Below are positions 17,471 through 24,343 of a DNA stretch of 25,878 nucleotides, one piece after another. Under the pieces are notes generated by a model that saw nothing but the letters and a program-made list of their open reading frames with translations, was not told the DNA's origin and did no database searches. The position numbers were made by a program, and so were the translations under genes. Origin of the DNA: Candidatus Aenigmatarchaeota archaeon (GTDB lineage Archaea; Aenigmatarchaeota; Aenigmatarchaeia; GW2011-AR5); NCBI GenBank assembly GCA_043799385.1, contig JAZDNV010000011.1, forward strand, positions 1 to 25,878. The letters run 5' to 3'. Numbering within the stretch: position 1 is the first letter of the stretch; every line of letters starts with the position of its first letter.

Positions 17471-18046
17471 TTAAGTTTTGCCAGCACGTTTTGACGAAGG
17501 AGTAGTCTGTTTCTTCTTCAACTTTTTATGTTTTTTATCAGGAAACCGTCTCATCCACACTACCCATAACACGAGTATCGTTAAAATCAGTCCCCAGCTC
17601 CAGACGGTCGCGTGGACGAACTGATAATGAGCGGTTCCAAAACTTGAAACGTAGAAGAACATGAACCATATTCTGGCTATGTTCACAGCGTATACGACCG
17701 GTATCAGCGCCAGGCCGTAAAGTTTTTTGCGAAGGCCAAAATCAGTCGCAAATATCAATGCAAATAACGCGAGCATCGACTTCCAGCCAGTGCAGTCCCA
17801 ATCGATTGAAGCGGCAAATTCTCCGTCCTGCGTAGGAACTGAAATCAGGCCGTTTCTCGTTGCGTCGATGCCAGAAAAATGAATCAACGAGAAGGAAAAA
17901 TCAGTCGTCAAATTTATGAGAAACGGCGACTGAAATCCAGACAAAATTATCAGATAGAGCGGAATCGCGAAGATGTTGAATTTCAAAAGGAAGCCTAAGA
18001 TTCTTTTTAGCTTAGCATTGTCGATATTTCTTTTCATTGCAATCAT
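17471..18046 (-). CDS. Archaeosortase/exosortase family protein
   Basis: Polytopic protein with the Cys-Arg-His pattern IDWDCTG, VNIARI, FVH. The likely start is ATG 18046, which forms an ATGA overlap with the DUF460 stop. Confidence 0.85.
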   Translation of the reverse strand: MIAMKRNIDNAKLKRILGFLLKFNIFAIPLYLIILSGFQSPFLINLTTDFSFSLIHFSGIDATRNGLISVPTQDGEFAASIDWDCTGWKSMLALFALIFATDFGLRKKLYGLALIPVVYAVNIARIWFMFFYVSSFGTAHYQFVHATVWSWGLILTILVLWVVWMRRFPDKKHKKLKKKQTTPSSKRAGKT

Positions 18047-18522
18047 TTTTTTATCATCAGCAATGCGCGGTCGACGTTGCATGCCTTTCCTTTCAGTATC
18101 AGGCTTTTTACTTCATCACTGAACTGGGCGCAGCCTCTGCTTTCCATCATCCCGTCGATTTTTATCAAAAAGGACGACGCCGCTTTTTTGGCCTTTATCG
18201 CTGCCGCCAGGGCGTCGCGCTGGTGCTTGTTTCTGCACGGAAAGTTCTTTGTCAGCTGTTTCTTTTTTTCAGTCGTCATGTTCTCGCCCGGCTTGAAGAT
18301 GACTGCATTGAAGCTGGCTGCCACGCGTTTTATCATTTCCGGCGGCTTCGCAACGTCCGTGGCCACGATAACCGGCGTGCCTATCCCGGATATATACTCG
18401 CATATGCGGTTAAAGGAGAAGCCTTTTTCGCTGAATATCTTGCAGAAAGAAGAATTTTTTTTCAGGTCAATTATAGCTATGCCTGTGGTTACCCCTGGGT
18501 CTACGCCCACGATAACATTCAT
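18043..18522 (-). CDS. DUF460-domain protein (RNase H-like fold), short form
   Basis: IVGVDPGVTTGIAIIDL, GTPVIVATDV..PP..I.RVAASFNA and N.HQRDALAAA. Confidence 0.85.
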   Translation of the reverse strand: MNVIVGVDPGVTTGIAIIDLKKNSSFCKIFSEKGFSFNRICEYISGIGTPVIVATDVAKPPEMIKRVAASFNAVIFKPGENMTTEKKKQLTKNFPCRNKHQRDALAAAIKAKKAASSFLIKIDGMMESRGCAQFSDEVKSLILKGKACNVDRALLMIKK

Positions 18523-18572
18523 AATATTATTTCATCGCAGGCTTTAAAAAAACTTTTGCCCATCTATCGGGT

Positions 18573-19214
18573 ATGATAAAAGCTGCCATATTTGACATGG
18601 ACGGTTTGCTGATCGACAGCGAGCCGATGCATTTCGCTGCCTGGAAGAGCGTGTATGAAAATCATGGCTTAACGCTCACCGAAGACGAATATCCGCAGTT
18701 CGTCGGAACCGGCGACATAACCGTTGGCATATACGCAGCATCGAGGTTCAAGCTGGCGATAAATCCTGAGAATCTCGTCGAGGAAAAGAAGAGGATTTAT
18801 CTTGATTTAATCAAGGGCATAAAATTCGTGGAAGGCGCGGTTCCGCTGATAAAATCCTTCAGGAGCAATAAAATCAAGACAGCAATCGCCACTTCCTACT
18901 GGCGCAATATAATAGACAGCATCATGAAACCGAACGGCTACGGCGAGCTCTTCGATCTGGTCGTCTGCGGCGACGACGTGAAGGAGGTAAAGCCGTCGCC
19001 AGAAATATATATTCTGGCTGCGAAGAAGCTTGCTGTTGAGCCACGTGAATGCATCGCCCTGGAAGACTCTCGTTCTGGCGTTCTTGCAGCGAAGGCAGCG
19101 GGCATTTTCTGCGTAGCAATACCGAACATGTATTCAAAGCATCAGAATCTTCCTGCTGACATGATAAGAAAAAGTCTGAAAGAAGTAAAATTAGAGGAAA
19201 TCTTAAATATCTAG
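18573..19214 (+). CDS. HAD-superfamily phosphatase (subfamily IA, beta-PGM/CbbY-like)
   Basis: FDMDGLLIDSE, IATS, KPSPEIY and LEDSRSGVLAAKAAG. Confidence 0.93.
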   Translation: MIKAAIFDMDGLLIDSEPMHFAAWKSVYENHGLTLTEDEYPQFVGTGDITVGIYAASRFKLAINPENLVEEKKRIYLDLIKGIKFVEGAVPLIKSFRSNKIKTAIATSYWRNIIDSIMKPNGYGELFDLVVCGDDVKEVKPSPEIYILAAKKLAVEPRECIALEDSRSGVLAAKAAGIFCVAIPNMYSKHQNLPADMIRKSLKEVKLEEILNI

Positions 19215-19233
19215 TTATCAATACGAATTGTAT

Positions 19234-19336
19234 AGCCCCGTGGTGTAGTGGTCAAATCTTTGTTACTCGGAACAAAGTAGATTAAGCATAAGGGCCTTTG
19301 GAGCCCTGGACACCGGTTCGAATCCGGTCGGGGCTA
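19234..19336 (+). tRNA. tRNA-Gln(TTG) with 30-nt non-canonical D-loop intron (19256-19285, position ~21/22)
   Basis: Acceptor AGCCCCG/CGGGGCT plus A (A1-U72, as in archaeal Gln), D-stem GTGT/GCAT after intron removal, anticodon stem AGGGC/GCCCT with TTG at 19298-19300, T-arm ACCGG-TTCGAAT-CCGGT. Upstream CTTAAATA box and downstream T-tract. Confidence 0.93.
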
Positions 19337-19349
19337 TTTTTATTTAATA

Positions 19350-20564
19350 TTAAGGTAGAACGATTTCCCGTATTCTTCTTTGGGATGTTTCTATATCTTC
19401 CATGCCTGTATTCAGTATATAAACTTCTGTTGTGTCGAACAATCTTCTGAAAAATCCTTCTTGAGCCTTATTATCCTTGTTCAAAAGATAGGGGTTGTAC
19501 CAGGGTTCGTAATCAAATTGTCCCCATTTTTCCTTTGGAGCTGACCCAGGGCCAAGCATAACCTTTCCTTCTTTCAATATCTCTATTGCCTCATCCGAAG
19601 AAAGTTTTTCAATGGGTTTTGATTCCCTGTCTCTTCTGAACAAAAACACATACTTTGCCTCACATTCATGAATAAATCTATCTGGTCCGTGAATAGCTTC
19701 TGGTCTCAGAATTGCTCGGGAATTTCCAAAGCCCCAATAACATTTCTCAGCTTCTGCATCAAAAACGCACTCCCTGACGTTATCTTTTACTCTCTCTTTA
19801 CAGGCATCGTTTTGGCATTTTTCTTTATCGTCGACTACGTTTTCTAGTTCACATTTAGGAAATAAGTCTCTTAACAACGGATTATGCTCTGCCGCATCTG
19901 TCCTTATATAAAACTTTCTTTCTGATATTGTTGCCACTGATTTTTTGTCCCTCTCCTCGACAAAAAGCCAATCGTCACTGTGTATTCTAGTATCAGGCAA
20001 TTCCAATAGCTTATAGCAATGCGTGCTTTTTCCAGTGCCTGTAGGTGCTATCATAATTATGCCTTTATCGCTGATGGTGACACAGGAGCCATGAATGGAG
20101 TGGATTCCTTTTTCTTCAAGAATATCTGCTGCCAGGCCTAACGCCCAAGACTTGCACTGACCGTAATAGTCCGTATTCATGAAAACAGCTGTTTTCAATT
20201 CGCTGCAATACCATGCAAACGGCTTTTGGTCGCTCACGCCAAAAATTGCATATATGGTCCCGTGCGGTTTTTTATCCTCTTCAGCCGGAAACCAATTGGA
20301 AACCCAGAAATCATATAGATGCGGAGAAGTCGTTTGAAGCTGCACAATGACACGGTTATCCTCTGTTCCGCTATCGCTTTTTCTGACATTTTTTGGATTT
20401 ATATATGCGTTCCAGAGTTCAAGGCTGTGAAAATTCAACTCATTGATATTATACTTAGCAAACTCGATTAATCCTCTCATCTGTTCCGGGCTTGTTTTTT
20501 TATTGCTGTCTACTCTTCTGGAAGGGTCTGTATGATAATTGGCCCATCTGTCGTAGACGCTCAT
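19350..20564 (-). CDS. PEP carboxykinase/HPr kinase-like P-loop protein of unknown function
   Basis: YYGQCKS, IHGSCV, APTGTGKST, IHSDDW, NSRA and VFLFRRD follow the order of PEPCK/HPrK nucleotide-binding motifs. Confidence 0.75.
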   Translation of the reverse strand: MSVYDRWANYHTDPSRRVDSNKKTSPEQMRGLIEFAKYNINELNFHSLELWNAYINPKNVRKSDSGTEDNRVIVQLQTTSPHLYDFWVSNWFPAEEDKKPHGTIYAIFGVSDQKPFAWYCSELKTAVFMNTDYYGQCKSWALGLAADILEEKGIHSIHGSCVTISDKGIIMIAPTGTGKSTHCYKLLELPDTRIHSDDWLFVEERDKKSVATISERKFYIRTDAAEHNPLLRDLFPKCELENVVDDKEKCQNDACKERVKDNVRECVFDAEAEKCYWGFGNSRAILRPEAIHGPDRFIHECEAKYVFLFRRDRESKPIEKLSSDEAIEILKEGKVMLGPGSAPKEKWGQFDYEPWYNPYLLNKDNKAQEGFFRRLFDTTEVYILNTGMEDIETSQRRIREIVLP

Positions 20565-20624
20565 AGAGAACCGATGTCATAAATCTTTAAAAATACTTAA
20601 ATTTGCATTATTTATCTATTAGTT

Positions 20625-21137
20625 ATGATAACCATTCTCCGCCTCGGCCATCGATTAGGAAGGGACGAACGACTATCAACGCATTGCGGTCTTATCGCAC
20701 GGGCGTTCGGCGCGGCAAAAATAATATTTACCGGCGATTATGACAAGAAGCTAATCGAAAGCGTCAACGAAGTAGCGAACCGCTGGGGAGGTCCTTTTTC
20801 TGCAACGTATGAAAAAAATTGGAGAACGTCAATAAAAACGCACAAGAAAAAGAAATTCTGCATCGTTCATTTGACGATGTACGGATTGCCGTTCCAGAAA
20901 AAAATCAGGCAGATAAAGAAGAAGAGGAATATTCTCGTCGTCATCGGCAGCGAAAAAGTGCCAGGCGAAGTCTATCACAACGCCGACTACAATATATCAG
21001 TAACGAGCCAGCCGCACAGCGAGGCGGCAGCGTTGGCCGTATTCTTGCACGAATACTCTCGCGGAAAGGAGAAGAAGTTCAGGAAGGCGAAAATAAAAAT
21101 AGTGCCGCAGGAGCGCGGAAAGAAGGTTGTTGATTAA
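20625..21137 (+). CDS. trm56: tRNA (cytidine(56)-2'-O)-methyltransferase (aTrm56)
   Basis: LRLGHR..RD.R.STH..L.ARAFGA, RWGG.F, VHLTMYG, IGSEKVP and QPHSEAAALAVFL. Confidence 0.95.
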   Translation: MITILRLGHRLGRDERLSTHCGLIARAFGAAKIIFTGDYDKKLIESVNEVANRWGGPFSATYEKNWRTSIKTHKKKKFCIVHLTMYGLPFQKKIRQIKKKRNILVVIGSEKVPGEVYHNADYNISVTSQPHSEAAALAVFLHEYSRGKEKKFRKAKIKIVPQERGKKVVD

Positions 21138-21138
21138 T

Positions 21139-21375
21139 TCACTTGCGTTTCAAGAATTTCGGCCTCAGCTCCCTCGAGTGAGGACTCGTCAGATTCGTGA
21201 TTGAAAGGTTTCCAGTATCGCCATAAACGAGGTTGCCTTTGTTATCAGTAATATAAAACTCGCAAACGTTTCCGTTATCTTTTTTATAGAATATACCAAA
21301 ACCAAGCACGTATTCCGCTACAAATCCGCGCTTTTTCAACAAGTCTGAAAAGTATTCCTGTTTTTTATTTTCCAT
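21139..21375 (-). CDS. Hypothetical protein (78 aa, AT-rich)
   Basis: ATG-initiated ORF filling the gap between trm56 and taw1. No motif recognised. Confidence 0.55.
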   Translation of the reverse strand: MENKKQEYFSDLLKKRGFVAEYVLGFGIFYKKDNGNVCEFYITDNKGNLVYGDTGNLSITNLTSPHSRELRPKFLKRK

Positions 21376-21405
21376 ATTGAATCGTGTTTAATAATCAAAA
21401 TAACT

Positions 21406-22329
21406 TTAAATCTTTGTCATCAACACGACGCGGGAATCAGACTTTTCGTCCTTTACTCGATAACCGCTCGCTCGCTCTATCTCTTTCGAGAATTTCTTTA
21501 TCTCCTCGTGCAAAGGCATCGACTCATAAGGTAAATTTTTTCGCGACATTCCTACGCTCATGAACGACTTCACCTCGACAAAATTCGGTGACGCTTCGTC
21601 GATTATTTTCGCGTACTCTTCAGGCTTGGCAAAATTCAACCCCTTCACAAGCGTCAGCCTTATGACAGAACGGTCGAAATCCTTCAGCAGCGACAGCGAC
21701 TGCGCTATCCTTTTCCAGCCGTCTTTCAGCAGCGGTCTGCATGTCTTCTTGTATACCTTCTCGTTCGGCGCAGGAAGCGTTATGTACATGTTGGACGGCT
21801 GGTGACCGAGCAATTTTTCAACCATCTTCGGCACCGTGCCGTTGCTCACAAGGAACGCGGTCATGTTCCTGCCCAGTATTTCGTCTATCAATTCTGGCAA
21901 TTTCGGATATAGGCATGGCTCGCCCACTAATGAAATTGCAACTTGCGTAGGCTCCATCGCCTCGCGCAGTTTCTCCTTGTCGCAGCTGCTGCCCCAGAAG
22001 CCCTGCAACAGCTTTTTCTGCTCAACAATCGCGTTGTCAACCATGACCTTCGGGTCATCTATCTTTCTTGGGAATTTCTTGTCGAACCGCGTCGCCCGCC
22101 AGCAGTAGAGGCAGTTGTGCGTGCAGCTAAAGACGGACGGCGATATCTGCAAACAGCGATGGCTCGCTATTCCGTAGAATTTTTGCTTGTAACAGAACGG
22201 TTCGCCATCTTTGTTATATTTCTTATTTCCGCGTATCGCATTCCTGGTCCATTCGCATATCTTCACAGCTGAATGCGAACCGATAAAGCGGTAGCCGCGC
22301 TCTTCCAATTTTTGCATATTTTTCAACAT
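21406..22329 (-). CDS. taw1: 4-demethylwyosine synthase (radical SAM, Taw1/TYW1)
   Basis: HSAVKICEW, CYKQKFYGIASHRCLQ, CTHNCLYCWR, AISLVGEP and FLVSNG. The start is likely 22329 or 22317 rather than 22386. Confidence 0.95.
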   Translation of the reverse strand: MLKNMQKLEERGYRFIGSHSAVKICEWTRNAIRGNKKYNKDGEPFCYKQKFYGIASHRCLQISPSVFSCTHNCLYCWRATRFDKKFPRKIDDPKVMVDNAIVEQKKLLQGFWGSSCDKEKLREAMEPTQVAISLVGEPCLYPKLPELIDEILGRNMTAFLVSNGTVPKMVEKLLGHQPSNMYITLPAPNEKVYKKTCRPLLKDGWKRIAQSLSLLKDFDRSVIRLTLVKGLNFAKPEEYAKIIDEASPNFVEVKSFMSVGMSRKNLPYESMPLHEEIKKFSKEIERASGYRVKDEKSDSRVVLMTKI

Positions 22330-22400
22330 ACAGAAAACCCGATTACTTCGAATGTTAAATACAAATATCCTATTAAACCCTTCCATAAAATATCTTAAAT

Positions 22401-23183
22401 ATGACGTTCAAAGAAAGAATCGAGAAAAAAACAGGACTGCAAGGTCCGGGCGGTTATCAGATAATCGGCAACGTTCTGCTGCTAAAACTCAGGAAAATGC
22501 CATTGAGCCAGAAAAGAAAGATAGCAAGAGCAATACTCGATATTTTTCCGTACGTCAAGACCGTGTGCGAGATAAAATCAGTTGGAGGTGAATTAAGGAA
22601 GCCAAACGTAGTCAAGCTCACGGGCGATGGAACGGAAACCGTGCACAAAGAGCATAATATTCTATACAAACTAGACGTATCAAAAATAATGTTCTCGAAA
22701 GGCAATCTTTTCGAGCGCCAGCGATTGATCAGCCAGGTAAAAGAGAACGAGGTAGTAGTCGATATGTTCGCAGGCATCGGCTATTTTTCGCTCAGCGTTG
22801 CCAAAAAGGCGAAAGAAGTCTATGCGATAGAAAAGAACAAAGTCGCATTTCGTTATCTGAAGGAGAACATATCGCTGAATAAGGCGGGTAATATTCATCC
22901 GATTCTAGGCGACAATCGAAGAATAGCGGAAAAATTGGCAGGAAAAGCGGACAGAGTAATCATGGGCTATTTTCCAGGAACAGAGAAATTTCTGCCATAC
23001 GCGTTAATGATGCTAAAGAAGAACGGCATAATTCATTACCACAACATCTACAAGGAATCAGAACTCTGGAAAAAACCGATTAATGAGATAAAGAAAATTG
23101 GCGCCATCATCCTGGAAAAGAGAAAAGTAAAGAGCTATGCACCAAGGGTATGGCATGTCGTTCTAGATGTAAAGTCTGCCTGA
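22401..23183 (+). CDS. taw2: Trm5/Tyw2-family SAM-dependent transferase, probably tRNA(Phe) aminocarboxypropyltransferase Taw2
   Basis: ETVHKEH, LDVSKIMFSKGN..ERQR, DMFAGIGYF, ADRVIMGY and IIHYH. At 260 aa it lacks the Trm5 D1 domain. It is divergent from taw1. Confidence 0.8.
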   Translation: MTFKERIEKKTGLQGPGGYQIIGNVLLLKLRKMPLSQKRKIARAILDIFPYVKTVCEIKSVGGELRKPNVVKLTGDGTETVHKEHNILYKLDVSKIMFSKGNLFERQRLISQVKENEVVVDMFAGIGYFSLSVAKKAKEVYAIEKNKVAFRYLKENISLNKAGNIHPILGDNRRIAEKLAGKADRVIMGYFPGTEKFLPYALMMLKKNGIIHYHNIYKESELWKKPINEIKKIGAIILEKRKVKSYAPRVWHVVLDVKSA

Positions 23184-23789
23184 ATTATTCCTATGGAACT
23201 TCACCACCTCAAGGCCGTTATCTGCAACTTCGATACGCGCATAACCCAGCTCGCCATGGCCGACATCATGGTGCACAAGCTGGATTCCTTTGCCAATGAC
23301 ATAGATTGAAGCCACGCATGAAGGATGGCATCCGTTTCTCTTAAGCGCATCCGAAATGTTTACTTCTGTTCTACCGCTTGACATCAGGCGGCGCATTATT
23401 ATCACCTCTTCGCCAGCGTTGAGAGGCGCGCAGTATCTTGGCGCGTCAGAGCCCTTGTGAACGTTGTAAGGGTATATGCATATCTGGTCCGGCAAAGAAC
23501 GATCGTCTGTGTAGATAGGCGAAACCGGAAGGCTGACATTTCTGCAGAATTCCGAGAAAACAGGAATATCCTCCTCGGGCATCACTATCCTTGTTGACCT
23601 TTTGATCTTGTCATCAAGCATATGGAGCATGCATTCAGCGACCGCATCGAGAAATTTCTGGGGAATCACCTCAGGAAGAATAAGGTTGTAATAGGTGTCG
23701 CCGTCTACTGCATTGATTTTTTCAACCGAAAGGCAAACAGTGAAGCCCTTTATCACCTTCTCGTTGCGGTAACGCCTTATGAAATCCAT
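23163..23789 (-). CDS. Degenerate type I phosphoribosyltransferase-fold protein (archaeal Hpt-like), PRPP loop DD replaced by RR
   Basis: GEEVIIMRRLMSSGRT...DALKRNG matches the consensus GDKVIIIDDVISTGGT...ALERAG. RIVMPEEDIP, SLPDQI and the C-terminal RIEV also align with archaeal Hpt. Likely start is ATG 23789. Confidence 0.7.
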   Translation of the reverse strand: MDFIRRYRNEKVIKGFTVCLSVEKINAVDGDTYYNLILPEVIPQKFLDAVAECMLHMLDDKIKRSTRIVMPEEDIPVFSEFCRNVSLPVSPIYTDDRSLPDQICIYPYNVHKGSDAPRYCAPLNAGEEVIIMRRLMSSGRTEVNISDALKRNGCHPSCVASIYVIGKGIQLVHHDVGHGELGYARIEVADNGLEVVKFHRNNSGRLYI

Positions 23790-23932
23790 AGCAACACCGA
23801 AAACATATATTACCCTTAATAGTGCAAAAACTGTTTTAAAACTTTCCAAGAATCTTTTCGTAATTGATTCGTGATGCAGGGAAAAGTTCTTAAACCGCCA
23901 AACCTTTTATAGCTTTTCAACAAGCTCTGCGA

Positions 23933-24196
23933 ATGGAATACATAGACGCTGCAAACAGGGCAATACGCGAGCTGAAGAAGAGCTGCATGAAAAACATGGA
24001 CCCGTCTACAGATTATACCAAGCCGTTGCCTGGGTTTGACTGCATGGAACTCAGGGAAAATGCATACAACGCAATATCAGACGCGATGACGGTCTCAAAA
24101 AGTAAAATCCGTGATGCAATCGAAATCAAAAAGAAACTTGAAGTATTTGAAAACCAATGCAGAGCGAAGGGATGCCCAAATTACAATATATTATGA
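23933..24196 (+). CDS. Hypothetical helical protein (87 aa, 4 Cys)
   Basis: ATG preceded by TTTTATA about 22 nt upstream. No family recognised. Confidence 0.6.
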   Translation: MEYIDAANRAIRELKKSCMKNMDPSTDYTKPLPGFDCMELRENAYNAISDAMTVSKSKIRDAIEIKKKLEVFENQCRAKGCPNYNIL

Positions 24197-24343
24197 TTCT
24201 TCTTACAACCATTATTCTTTAACCAATATCATTCTATTTTGCAGTCTTCAGGAAGGTTGCAGTCCATATCCTGTACTTGAATTGTAATTGGACCAAGGCT
24301 TATCTTTATATTGTAGTATAAGAATTTATTATATTAGGTGCGT

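Noticed and set aside
15739..17505. Long plus-strand ORFs (171, 212 and 188 aa) opposite the coiled-coil gene
   Set aside because: They are Ser/Phe/Leu-rich antisense shadows of an E/K-rich gene and carry no motifs.
10950..19340. Integrated element at either tRNA 3' end
   Set aside because: I saw no duplicated tRNA 3' segment and no integrase in the window.
82..23819. Remaining short overlapping ORFs in the six-frame track (e.g. 82-324, 1088-1384, 7844-8275, 18037-18576, 20819-21133)
   Set aside because: They overlap well-supported genes in other frames or strands and lack recognisable motifs.
24200..24335. Two hairpins (TGCAGTCTT/AAGGTTGCA and GTCCA/TGGAC) and a short startless minus-strand frame (ISLGPITIQVQDMDCNLPEDCKIE)
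   Set aside because: The pairings are short and G-U rich, and the frame has no start codon apart from an internal Met 12 codons from the stop. This is insufficient to call an ncRNA or pseudogene.
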